From contig JAPLDK010000007.1 of assembly GCA_026391775.1 (NCBI GenBank), positions 1,065 to 65,064 on the forward strand: 64,000 bases of DNA. The letters run 5' to 3'. The DNA comes from Bacteroidota bacterium. Lineage in GTDB: Bacteria; Bacteroidota; Bacteroidia; Bacteroidales; FEN-979. Each line of letters begins with the position of its first letter. Positions within the stretch are counted from its first letter, which is position 1. Made by a program: the position numbers and the translations under genes. The notes under the pieces were generated by a model. That model saw nothing but the letters and a program-made list of their open reading frames with translations, was not told the DNA's origin and made no database searches. Shown piece by piece: positions 35,242-44,464 of this stretch.

Positions 35242-38200
35242 GTATGCTGTATTGTTTTAAGATTTCTCTTTAGCAGATAATACGTGTTCGAACTGTATGT
35301 CTTTGAGCCTATTATCTCTAGGCTGAAGCCAGTCTGTGATGCAATTTGTCTGATCCTGTCAGTGGATATAAAGTGAAGCCTGCTTGTTTCGCCATAGGTC
35401 TTATTAAACTTCATTCCGGTGGAAAACAGTTCGGTAAGTCTTGAACGCGAATGTCCTTCTTCACGGTTTGCGTCAGCATCCCTGATGATGACAATCCCGT
35501 CCTGCTTCAGGTTTGTCATACATTTCATCAGGAGTCGTTCCTGGTCCGCCGGAAGAATATAATGCAGGACATCGCTTAGTATGATGCAGTCTTTGGGAGA
35601 AAATTCATACAACCTGATATCGGTTGCCTTGAAAGTTACCTGGAGTGATTTGATAAACCCGCCTTCAGCCACCCTGATCTTATCATCATCATAATCAATA
35701 CCGGTAATCATTCTTTCTGCGGATGTGAGGGCAAGCATATAGCTTATGAACCCGTATCCGCAACCCATATCCAGTATTTCGCCCTGGCGGGGCACATATT
35801 CATTTAGCAGAGAATAGTTCTTCTCAAGCATCAGTTTGATCTTAAGGTACCATTCCAGTACCGGACCCTTATAAATATAATTAAGGACAAGTTTGCGGCG
35901 GTAAAATGAAGCGTTGCCCTCTTCGGCCCGGAAACGGTCATATTCCTTTATATACCATCTCCTGGTTAACCTGGTCCTTTCTTGATAACTTGTCCCGAAC
36001 GAGCTGTCATCCGGCTTAATCCTTGGATATATCCTTTGCCTGAACATATTAGGCCTTCCCCAGAATGCACCATGCGCCAGAAATTCCCCGGTGCCAAACA
36101 TCATCACCGGCAGGATGTCCAGTTGTAGCTTCTCCGCTATATAAAAGGCCCCCCTGTGAAATCTCTGAATCTTATGGTCGGTCGAACGGTGAGCCTCCGG
36201 AAAGATAAGGAGGGAATACCCCTCGCTGACTTTCTTTTTAAGCTTTTCCATAATGTAATCCAATCCCTTATCAACATTGTAGAAATTTGCGAGCCTGGCT
36301 ATGGGCCCAAACACAGGGGAATTATAAACCCAGGTATTGGTAAGTATAATCATCTTAGGATATAGCCGGAGCATTGCCGGTGTTTCAACAAGTGACTGAT
36401 GGTTACTGATGATTAGTGCAGGTTTTTTAAAATCTTCGCCAATTGGGTTATACAACCTGCGGTTTGGAAAGGCAAGGAAAATATACAGCCTTGAAAGGCT
36501 GCAGAACAAATTGTGGAAGATGTTCTCCTTCCAACTGCGTTTCAGAGGGAGCAGGAAATACATCAGCCAGCCGGTAACAGTAAGGATTATAGCGATCAGA
36601 ACGATATTTCCCCAGGTGATGATGGTTTTGACAAAAATCCTCGCGGTTACGGGGAATTTGTTTCTCCTGAGCCTTTCGGTCATAAACCAGCCTACAACCA
36701 AGGGCTGTATGCTGAAAGTGATCAGGACAAGCACGAGGATTCCAAACACTGAGATCAGTGCGATCGAATGAAGGGCCGGATGACGGGCCGTAAATAAAGC
36801 GGCAACACCGAACAACGTTGTGGACGAGGATAACATGATGGATATTCTGTATGATGAAATGTTCTGTGACCTGTACTTGTAGTCCTGCATCAGGCCCCTC
36901 ATCATCAGGATGCTGTAATCGACCCCAAGTCCGAAAATAAAGGATGAGATGATAATGTTGAAAATATTGAACCTTATACCTGTAACGCCCATAAAACCAA
37001 GTGTAATGATCCAGGAGAGGTACATCGGTATGGCTGTGAACAGGGCTAATTCAATCCGGCCGAAAGAGAACCATAAAAGCAGGCTTACAAAGAGCATGGA
37101 AAGCAGAACAAGCCTGTCGAAATCTTTCCTTACACCTTCAACAAAACGATCTGTGAGTTTCTGCCTGTCGAAGACCACAACACCCGTCATGCTGCCGAAT
37201 TCTTCATAAATTTTCACAACATTCGCAGGTTTCACCTTTGCAATGGATGTAATCATGGACATCCCCTGGTTGAAATTTATCCATTCAGAAAACAATGCAT
37301 TTTCAAACCTGGATTTAAGCTTAGGGTCCAGGAGTTCATATGATTTTCCGACCATTTTGTCAAACCCATTGAAAGCCCCGGGAGTAAACCCTGTTTGTGA
37401 CGCAGCCCTATCGATTTTAACGATCATATTACGTGATTTTTCAGCAGGGAAAGCCGCTTCCCATTTGTTAATACGTAACCCGGAAAGAGAATCGGACAGT
37501 AGAAGAGACCTGATCCCTGAAACTCCTGCAACAGTCCGATTCTGAATCATGGCGTCAAGGCGCAACTGTATCCTTTCGTTCAACCTGAGAGCTTCTTCCC
37601 GGCAAGCTCCCGTCGCAACAATGTAAATATTTTTAAATTTTCCGTTGGATAAGCTGTCCAGTTCGTCCCCTGCTTTGCGCAGGCCGGATTCCATATAATT
37701 CAGGGTATTCATATCCGTTTCAAAACCGGCTTTCCTGAAGAAAAACAAGCTGGCAAAGCAGAGCAGGCCTAAAATAACGATGAGGATATAATTTCTTTCA
37801 AATTGCAGGCTGCCGATACGGTCTATGAATGTCGAAAATGCAGAGGGACGTTTTTCACGGAAGCGTTCCGAGAACATCTGTGGAAGGAAGACCAGTGCAA
37901 ACAGTGCCGCTCCAGTAACACTAACCGAGGCAAACCATCCAAGGTCATGAAGTACGCTGGATTTAAGAAAAACCAGGCACAGAAAGGCTCCTGCAGAAGT
38001 AAGTGCACAAACTACAATGCTTTGTGACATTTCGCGCAGGGTTTGCCTTACATCCCCGCATCTTCTGTACTGGTTGATCAGGTACAATGAATAATCAATG
38101 ATCAGCCCCAGGATCACTGAACCGATGCCCAGGGCAATAGCCGATACAGAGCCTTTAACAAAAGCAAGGACAGCAATTGCCAGCCCTCCTCCGAAAACTG

Positions 38201-39143
38201 CAGGAAGCAGGCCGAGCAAGGGAACCAGCACTGATCTGAAATAGAAACCAAGCAGAAGGAAGATCGCCAGGAAGGCGATCAGCAGGGTAAGAATGATGTC
38301 CTTTTTAATTCGTTCCGCATTGCCGGCTGCCACTGCGGCAGCCCCGAAATATTCCGCCCTGAAACTCTGTCCTGAATTAATTTTCAGGTCAATGATCTGA
38401 TCAAGTTTTTTAAGGAATTTCCCATTCTTACCAGTTTCTCCCGGTGGATTTGAAGGAGTAATAAAAATTAGAAGGTGGTGGTGGTCTTTGCTGAGGATAT
38501 ATCCATTGTACGATTCATACTGATCGCTCCCCTGCAAAGCCTGCAATTTCCTTAGGGCGAGTCCCTGAATTCCAAGCGGATCGTTGAGTATCTGATCCCT
38601 GATAACGATGGAGGCTGGGGATAACAATTGACGGTAAGCCTTTTTGACAGCCTTTTCTATATTTCCTGTGGATGTCATTGTATCGATCCGCAAATAATCC
38701 CCATCTTCAAGAAATAATGGAAGGTAGTCACGGGTGCAGACAATCAGTTCAGGCAATAACGAATCATCCGGTTTATAGAACATTTTCCTGATATATTCCT
38801 TGCATCCGAAATTAATTGCAGTTGCTAGTGTATCGGCCGCCATGCAAAGATATTCTTCCCTGCTAGCCATAGTAGTATCAGCAAAAGACAGATTGATAAC
38901 CAGCTTTTCAGCAAACTGGAAATGGCTGACCACAAAGTCAAACCGGTTCAACATTTCCACCTTTGAAGAGCTGCCAGAAATATCTTCAACAAACCGTATC
39001 CGGGAAACACCAAGGATAACAAAAAGAAAGACCGCTCCTAAAAAGAGCCAGAAAAGCCATCTTCTTGTGCTGAATAAGATATAAATATAGATAAAAAGGT
39101 TTGACATCTGAATAAGGTAATCATTCCATTTATAATAATACAA
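35238..39143 (-). CDS. Tri-functional fusion: MMPL/RND-type exporter + PlsC-type acyltransferase + class I SAM methyltransferase
   Basis: 1301 aa. Two MMPL-type TM bundles (GSVILGLIIDYSLYLINQY and FGLGVDYSILMMRG). Next comes LPLAT motifs ALIISNHQSLVETP and LLIFPEAHRS (about nt 35950-36450). The C-terminal part has GEILDMGCGYGFISYML (about nt 35241-35830). The real start may be the ATG at 39107. Confidence 0.8.
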   Translation of the reverse strand: MYYYKWNDYLIQMSNLFIYIYILFSTRRWLFWLFLGAVFLFVILGVSRIRFVEDISGSSSKVEMLNRFDFVVSHFQFAEKLVINLSFADTTMASREEYLCMAADTLATAINFGCKEYIRKMFYKPDDSLLPELIVCTRDYLPLFLEDGDYLRIDTMTSTGNIEKAVKKAYRQLLSPASIVIRDQILNDPLGIQGLALRKLQALQGSDQYESYNGYILSKDHHHLLIFITPSNPPGETGKNGKFLKKLDQIIDLKINSGQSFRAEYFGAAAVAAGNAERIKKDIILTLLIAFLAIFLLLGFYFRSVLVPLLGLLPAVFGGGLAIAVLAFVKGSVSAIALGIGSVILGLIIDYSLYLINQYRRCGDVRQTLREMSQSIVVCALTSAGAFLCLVFLKSSVLHDLGWFASVSVTGAALFALVFLPQMFSERFREKRPSAFSTFIDRIGSLQFERNYILIVILGLLCFASLFFFRKAGFETDMNTLNYMESGLRKAGDELDSLSNGKFKNIYIVATGACREEALRLNERIQLRLDAMIQNRTVAGVSGIRSLLLSDSLSGLRINKWEAAFPAEKSRNMIVKIDRAASQTGFTPGAFNGFDKMVGKSYELLDPKLKSRFENALFSEWINFNQGMSMITSIAKVKPANVVKIYEEFGSMTGVVVFDRQKLTDRFVEGVRKDFDRLVLLSMLFVSLLLWFSFGRIELALFTAIPMYLSWIITLGFMGVTGIRFNIFNIIISSFIFGLGVDYSILMMRGLMQDYKYRSQNISSYRISIMLSSSTTLFGVAALFTARHPALHSIALISVFGILVLVLITFSIQPLVVGWFMTERLRRNKFPVTARIFVKTIITWGNIVLIAIILTVTGWLMYFLLPLKRSWKENIFHNLFCSLSRLYIFLAFPNRRLYNPIGEDFKKPALIISNHQSLVETPAMLRLYPKMIILTNTWVYNSPVFGPIARLANFYNVDKGLDYIMEKLKKKVSEGYSLLIFPEAHRSTDHKIQRFHRGAFYIAEKLQLDILPVMMFGTGEFLAHGAFWGRPNMFRQRIYPRIKPDDSSFGTSYQERTRLTRRWYIKEYDRFRAEEGNASFYRRKLVLNYIYKGPVLEWYLKIKLMLEKNYSLLNEYVPRQGEILDMGCGYGFISYMLALTSAERMITGIDYDDDKIRVAEGGFIKSLQVTFKATDIRLYEFSPKDCIILSDVLHYILPADQERLLMKCMTNLKQDGIVIIRDADANREEGHSRSRLTELFSTGMKFNKTYGETSRLHFISTDRIRQIASQTGFSLEIIGSKTYSSNTYYLLKRNLKTIQHT

Positions 39144-39150
39144 TCAGGGA

Positions 39151-40341
39151 TCAGGAAGGTTTGGTTTTCCTGAAAATATTCAGCAGCAGGTAAGTCAAAC
39201 TGCCAAGGCTCACCGACAGTATACCGCCAAAAATCAAACTTCCCACAACATACTGAAAGAAATTTGCTTTGATCCATTGGTAATCAAATCCAGACGAGTA
39301 ATGGATCGCCGAGATTTTTGTTCCGACCACCCAACCTCCGGCCTCATAACTCAGATACAGTATCAGAGGCAGCATTGGAGGAATACTTATATTAGATGCA
39401 GCTAAGGTGACGAATTTGTTAAGCCGGAAAAAATGAGCAAGGCCGAATGCTATCACCATCTGCCATCCCCAAACAGGCAATATCCCAATATAAAGTCCAA
39501 CAAATACTGAAAGTGCGATCTTTGTGTTGGAATCGCTGCTGTCAAAGACATATTCTTTAATAAATCCCTTTATTGATTTTCGTTTCAGCCCCTTGGCAAA
39601 CATGAATGGCCTCACCCAAAGCAAAGCCATGAAAACAAGTATGGCATTCAGGATACTTGTACGGGTAAAATCAGGACCTTTCCTGAAATGGGAAACCCTG
39701 GTTTCCTTTGGAGCATAGTAAACCTCAATGGGGACAGAAAGAATTTTAACTCCCCGCCAGGCAAGGCGTGCAAGAATCTCCACCTCGAATTCATATTTGC
39801 CGGTGAAAAATCTCCTGATCTCACTGACTTTTTCAAGAGGGTAGAGGCGAAAACCGGTCTGTACATCTGCAATTTGCAATCCTGTCTCTATCCAGAACCA
39901 GAATATCGAAAATTTATGCCCGAAGCGACTGGAGCCTGGAACGGCCGGGTCATCCATGTTTCTCGCGCCAACAATGAGGCTTTCAGGTTCTTTCCCTATC
40001 AACTCTATAAATTTAGGAATATCAGCGACCATATGCTGACCGTCACTGTCAATTGTGATGGCATACCTGTAACCTTTCTCTATTGCCATTTCAAAGCCTT
40101 TCTGAAGCGCCCGTCCTTTTCCTCTGTTTGAAGGAAAAGCAAATGAAACGACTTCCGGAATCTGTTCCAGGATTACCAGAGTATTATCGGTTGAACCATC
40201 ATTCACAACAATTATATTTCTGGTAAGCGACTGAACATCGCGGATCAGCCCTTCAAGAGTTCTCCCATTGTTGTAGGTAGGGATTAAAACACAGCATCGG
40301 AGATCATCAATCTTCTGGCGGACTTCCTGGTTGGTTTGCAT
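39151..40341 (-). CDS. Glycosyltransferase family 2 fused to a C-terminal membrane domain (DUF2062-like)
   Basis: 396 aa. CVLIPTYNNGRTL, IIVVNDGSTD and AITIDSDGQH form the GT-A DxD core. Four C-terminal TM helices follow. Confidence 0.8.
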   Translation of the reverse strand: MQTNQEVRQKIDDLRCCVLIPTYNNGRTLEGLIRDVQSLTRNIIVVNDGSTDNTLVILEQIPEVVSFAFPSNRGKGRALQKGFEMAIEKGYRYAITIDSDGQHMVADIPKFIELIGKEPESLIVGARNMDDPAVPGSSRFGHKFSIFWFWIETGLQIADVQTGFRLYPLEKVSEIRRFFTGKYEFEVEILARLAWRGVKILSVPIEVYYAPKETRVSHFRKGPDFTRTSILNAILVFMALLWVRPFMFAKGLKRKSIKGFIKEYVFDSSDSNTKIALSVFVGLYIGILPVWGWQMVIAFGLAHFFRLNKFVTLAASNISIPPMLPLILYLSYEAGGWVVGTKISAIHYSSGFDYQWIKANFFQYVVGSLIFGGILSVSLGSLTYLLLNIFRKTKPS

Positions 40342-40372
40342 GTGCTGTGATATCGTTTCTGGCAGATCTGAA

Positions 40373-40380
40373 CAAAAATA
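40373..40380 (-). promoter_or_regulatory. Candidate -7 element (TATTTTTG) for the GT2/MMPL operon
   Basis: The complement reads TATTTTTG. It lies 31 nt upstream of the ATG at 40341, in the 62-nt divergent intergenic region. Confidence 0.35.
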
Positions 40381-40391
40381 ACAAAAAACTG

Positions 40392-40399
40392 TAAATTTG
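40392..40399 (+). promoter_or_regulatory. Candidate -7 element (TAAATTTG) for the plus-strand rSAM pair
   Basis: TAAATTTG ends 4 nt before the ATG at 40404. This implies a leaderless or near-leaderless transcript if the element is functional. Confidence 0.35.
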
Positions 40400-40403
40400 A
40401 CCG

Positions 40404-41744
40404 ATGAAAATACTGCTCATTAACACACCGCGCTCCCCGGAGAATAGGATACTTGAGTTCGCGCCTGAAGCTGCGAAGCCTTTTATTCATAAGAAACTGA
40501 TAGGTCCACCCCTGGGGCTCATGACAATAGCAGCTGTGGTGAAAGACCATGATGTGCTCCTGTTTGACACGAAAGGGGAGTTTGACCTTACGCCTGATCC
40601 GCCCTCCCTTGCCGGTCTGGTGAAAAGACTGGTTCATGAATTTAAGCCGGATATTGTAGGAAGCACTGCAATTACTTCCGAACTGTATTACGCTTTGGAA
40701 ATATTTACCGAAGCAAAAAAGGCAAATCCCCGTATTATTTCTGTTTTAGGCGGATTGCATCCTACCTTACTTCCATACGATTGTTTTCATCCGTCGGTTG
40801 ATGTGGTCTGTCAGGGGCAGTGCCCTCATATTTTCAGGGATGTAGTTCAGGCTCTGGAACGTAAATCCTCCCTGGAAACAGTACCCGGCATTTTATTAAA
40901 CAATGGATCCGGGCTAATACGAACCGAAGGAAAACCCCGTTCCTGGGACGCTGCCAATGCAGATTATCTTTTGCCCGACCGGGCGCCGCTGAAAAAATGG
41001 ATCAATGCATATAAGGTCGGTGGCAGCCCTGATCCAAGCACCTATATATTCACGTCCCTGGGCTGTCCCTATAAATGTACTTTTTGCTCGATATGGCCGC
41101 AGTTCAAGGGGAAGTATTACCAGAGGACAATCGAAAGCCTGATCGCAGAGCTGCACTCAATTCCCGATTATCCGGTTGTAAGGTTTGCGGACGCTAATAC
41201 AGTTGTTGACCTGGGTTTTATGAATGCCCTGTTCGACCGTATTCTGGAAGAAGGTATCCGTAAGACCATTATAATGGATATCAGGGCTGATGTGGCAGCC
41301 ATGCATCCCGGGATAATCAGTAAGATGGCAAGGGGAGGGCTTAAAGTGGTGATTTGCGGATTTGAGTCATACAGGGATGAGGACCTGAAAAAATACCGCA
41401 AAGCGTCGCCTGCCAGCGACATCGCAAAAGCCATTAAAGTTTTCCACGACAACGATATTATGATCAGGGGAAATTATGTTATCCCAAATGATTATTCTGA
41501 GGATGATTTTAAGGCCCTTGAAGAATATTCGGCAGGCAATCCTGTAGTTTATGCAGGCTACACAATTCTCACACCCATGCCAGGCACTGTGTTTTACAGC
41601 CAGGTGAAGAAGCAGATAACCGATCATGATTATCTGAAATATAACTTTTTTAATTCTGTAATGCGGACCACATTATCCTATGAAAAATTTCATGAACGGG
41701 TAGGCAGCCTCTGGCTTATTAAAAGTGGAAAAGACGTAATATGA
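40404..41744 (+). CDS. Cobalamin-binding-domain radical SAM protein
   Basis: 446 aa. N-terminal B12-binding-like fold (MKILLINTP...GPPLGLMTIAAVV...IVGSTAITS). CX3CX2C motif FTSLGCPYKCTFCSIW. Confidence 0.8.
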   Translation: MKILLINTPRSPENRILEFAPEAAKPFIHKKLIGPPLGLMTIAAVVKDHDVLLFDTKGEFDLTPDPPSLAGLVKRLVHEFKPDIVGSTAITSELYYALEIFTEAKKANPRIISVLGGLHPTLLPYDCFHPSVDVVCQGQCPHIFRDVVQALERKSSLETVPGILLNNGSGLIRTEGKPRSWDAANADYLLPDRAPLKKWINAYKVGGSPDPSTYIFTSLGCPYKCTFCSIWPQFKGKYYQRTIESLIAELHSIPDYPVVRFADANTVVDLGFMNALFDRILEEGIRKTIIMDIRADVAAMHPGIISKMARGGLKVVICGFESYRDEDLKKYRKASPASDIAKAIKVFHDNDIMIRGNYVIPNDYSEDDFKALEEYSAGNPVVYAGYTILTPMPGTVFYSQVKKQITDHDYLKYNFFNSVMRTTLSYEKFHERVGSLWLIKSGKDVI

Positions 41745-43165
41745 AAAAGTTACTTCTGGTAAATACAAACGCAGAAAAATCACCTTATCCGATTCCTCCG
41801 CTTGGGATTTGTTTGATTGCCTCTTTTCTGAATGGCCATTATGATGTCAAAATTTATGACGGGATGTTCGATGAAGGCAGAAGCCTGGGATCGGTGATCC
41901 ACAGTTATAATCCTGATTTTATTGGTTTCAGCATACGCAATGTAGATGAGGTGGTGCCGGAGCGATCCACTTTCTTCATTCAGGGCGTTTACCGGAACTT
42001 TATTGAGCCGGCGCGTAAATTCACCACCGCTCCTTTTATTCTGGGTGGAAGCGGGTATACGATCTTTCCGAGGGAAATATTGGATTATACCGGTGCTGAT
42101 TACGGGATTGCCGGAGAGGGGGAGGAACCCCTGCTAATCCTTCTTCAGAAACTTGAAAGGGGAGAAACTGTTACGCGAATACCTAATGTATATGCAAGAA
42201 AGGGAGAGGGGCCGCGAAAATTGAGAGCAGAAGGTGACTACAACCTAAGGCCTTACTCTGAGATAGATCTTAAACTGGATTTTAATCCTTATACCGACCG
42301 GGGGGTATACAGTATACAAACTAAAAGGGGTTGTGCGCTTCGATGCCTCTATTGTTCCTATCCACTTCTGGAAGGCAGGCAATACCGCCTGAGAGCTCCA
42401 CAGGCCATAGTTAATGAAATCGAAGAGGCTTCTGAAAGACTTGGGGAGAGTGTGACCTTCGAATTCGTAGATTCAACCTTCAACGAGCCCAAGGGCCATG
42501 CAGAGGAGATATGCAAGGAACTTATCCGCAGAAAAATCAGGGTCAGGCTGAGGACCATGGGTGTAAATCCCAGGAATACGAGTAAGGAATTGTTCGGTCT
42601 TATGACAGAAGCCGGTTTTGCCCAGATAGACGTGACCCCTGATTCTGCTTCAGTAACTGTTATCAAGAATCTTCTTAAGGGGTTTACCATAGATGACATC
42701 CGCAGAACAGCAATGCTGATAAGGGAGTTCAACTTTCCGTCTATGTGGTTTTTCCTGTTTGGAGGGCCGGGTGAAAACCGCGGCACTTTTAATGAAACTC
42801 TTAATTTTATTGATAATTTTATTAATCCCAACGACCTGGTATATATGTCGGGAGGCCTGAGGATCTACCCCGGAACCCCTCTGTTTGATGTTGCATTAAA
42901 GGAAGGTTTTATCTCTGATTCCGACAACCTTTTTAAGCCTTCGGTTTTTTATTTTTCGAAAGAATCCCCTCAGGCTGTACTCAGAGACTGGATAACAGAG
43001 GCCTGCCGGGACCGGCTGAACTGCCTGCCTTCATATGAAACAAACGCACCTGCCGAAATGCTTCGTGAAGCGGTTTCCACTCGTAGCAATCAGGGCCTTA
43101 CCGAACCTATGTTCAGGACACTATTACGCCTGAGAAGAGAGTGGAAAATTTCCGGAAAGTTGTGA
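41741..43165 (+). CDS. Cobalamin-binding-domain radical SAM protein
   Basis: 474 aa. N-terminus MKKLLLVNTN...PPLGICLIASFL...FIGFSIRN. CX3CX2C motif IQTKRGCALRCLYCSYP. Has an ATGA overlap with the preceding rSAM. Confidence 0.8.
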   Translation: MKKLLLVNTNAEKSPYPIPPLGICLIASFLNGHYDVKIYDGMFDEGRSLGSVIHSYNPDFIGFSIRNVDEVVPERSTFFIQGVYRNFIEPARKFTTAPFILGGSGYTIFPREILDYTGADYGIAGEGEEPLLILLQKLERGETVTRIPNVYARKGEGPRKLRAEGDYNLRPYSEIDLKLDFNPYTDRGVYSIQTKRGCALRCLYCSYPLLEGRQYRLRAPQAIVNEIEEASERLGESVTFEFVDSTFNEPKGHAEEICKELIRRKIRVRLRTMGVNPRNTSKELFGLMTEAGFAQIDVTPDSASVTVIKNLLKGFTIDDIRRTAMLIREFNFPSMWFFLFGGPGENRGTFNETLNFIDNFINPNDLVYMSGGLRIYPGTPLFDVALKEGFISDSDNLFKPSVFYFSKESPQAVLRDWITEACRDRLNCLPSYETNAPAEMLREAVSTRSNQGLTEPMFRTLLRLRREWKISGKL

Positions 43166-43170
43166 AAATT

Positions 43171-43190
43171 AAGTAATGAAATTACTTTTT
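43171..43190 (+). terminator. Weak candidate intrinsic terminator
   Basis: aagtaat-gaa-attactt forms a 7-bp, almost all A/T stem followed by a T-run. It lies 6 nt after the rSAM stop, in the 36-nt convergent gap. The stem is thermodynamically weak. Confidence 0.25.
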
Positions 43191-43201
43191 CATCACGATC
43201 A

Positions 43202-44122
43202 TCACGTCGTCACATTATCACGGATTAAGGTATTCCAGTTCACAAACTTCCCTGCACCGGGAATAAACTTAGAATTCTTCCGTAATGCCTGTGAGGGGCC
43301 GCATTCCGTGAAAAGGCGTATGCCTGAGCTGAACATCTGCACCTGGGTTGCCAGCCAGTTAAAGGGGTTATGGATATTATTCACGACCTCCATTCTTGCT
43401 CTTTCCGCATTAATTATCAGGTTCTGGCTGAGCGCTGAGATGATTGGGATTTCCGGAGCCCGGACTTCTGCAGTATAGACTGTTTCTGATAATTTTATTG
43501 CCGCTTCCGACAACAGGTTTGTATGATAGGGCACAGTCACTCCCAATGACCTTGCATGAAGGGCCCCTTCTTCCCTGGCTTTCAATAGGAAAACATTAAT
43601 GTGAAAACTATTGCCTGCCACAGTAAAAGAATAATCGCTGTTGCGGTTGACGATCATCAGATTCAGATTGTGCTGTCCTGCTATATCCCTGATGTCTTTT
43701 TCGCTCAGGCCTATCACACCCCCCATGCCGTACTGGCCGTGCGGGAGGACTTTCCTGATTGCTTCATAGGCTTTCTGAATAAAAAGCAATCCGGTTTCAA
43801 ATGAAATAGAGCCGGCTGTGTAAAGGGAAGCATAGATTCCCATGCTGTAACCTGCGGTCATGGCCGGCTTAACCCCTGATTTCATAAGGATCCCGGCACA
43901 ACTGCAGCCATAGATGTATGAAATGTACTGGTTTCGAAGTTCATCCTGCAGCATAGGATTTGATTCCGGATGAAATGAAAGCAATTCTTTGTCAACTGAA
44001 TCAGCCGCCCTTGAAAGATAAGCCTGAAAAACTTTCGAAAAACCAAGAACCCCGTGGGAAGGGTCATCCCGGTGGTCACTAATAAAAGCAGGAAAAACGA
44101 AAGCAATTGTATCTTCTGCCAA
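43202..44122 (-). CDS. Divergent FabD-like acyltransferase (malonyl-CoA:ACP transacylase family)
   Basis: 306 aa. Nucleophile elbow GYSMGIYASL (GHSxG with H to Y), VNRNSDYSFTVAG and VPYHTNLL. The N-terminal FPAFISD replaces FPGQGSQ. Confidence 0.65.
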   Translation of the reverse strand: MAEDTIAFVFPAFISDHRDDPSHGVLGFSKVFQAYLSRAADSVDKELLSFHPESNPMLQDELRNQYISYIYGCSCAGILMKSGVKPAMTAGYSMGIYASLYTAGSISFETGLLFIQKAYEAIRKVLPHGQYGMGGVIGLSEKDIRDIAGQHNLNLMIVNRNSDYSFTVAGNSFHINVFLLKAREEGALHARSLGVTVPYHTNLLSEAAIKLSETVYTAEVRAPEIPIISALSQNLIINAERARMEVVNNIHNPFNWLATQVQMFSSGIRLFTECGPSQALRKNSKFIPGAGKFVNWNTLIRDNVTT

Positions 44123-44130
44123 ATGCGGAA

Positions 44131-44439
44131 TTATTTATCCAGTTCCAGCAGCCGGTTTTCGTGTTCGATGATCAGCATCTGCATCTCAATCAACTGGCCT
44201 ATGGTATCAACAGGATGTTTAACAGCATATTTGCCGATGGTTTTCAGTTCAATATCGAGATTGTATTTCTTTTTGAAGATCTCTATCAGTTCGAGGAACA
44301 TCAGCGAATCCCCATCCAGGTCCTTGATAATATTTGTGTTATCGGTGATCTGTGATTTATCTGCCTCACATTCTTCAGCAAAGAACGCAAAGACAATCTC
44401 TCTGACTTCATTCCGGGTGCTCTCTGTGATTTTTGCCAT
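44131..44439 (-). CDS. Acyl carrier protein (with C-terminal extension)
   Basis: Phosphopantetheine site DLDGDSLMFLELIEIF. Start set at the ATG at 44439 (MAKITESTRNEV), which leaves a 25-nt gap after the KS. The ORF-track start overlaps the KS. Confidence 0.75.
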   Translation of the reverse strand: MAKITESTRNEVREIVFAFFAEECEADKSQITDNTNIIKDLDGDSLMFLELIEIFKKKYNLDIELKTIGKYAVKHPVDTIGQLIEMQMLIIEHENRLLELDK

Positions 44440-44464
44440 TTCGAGTGTTTTTTTTGCAAAAGTA

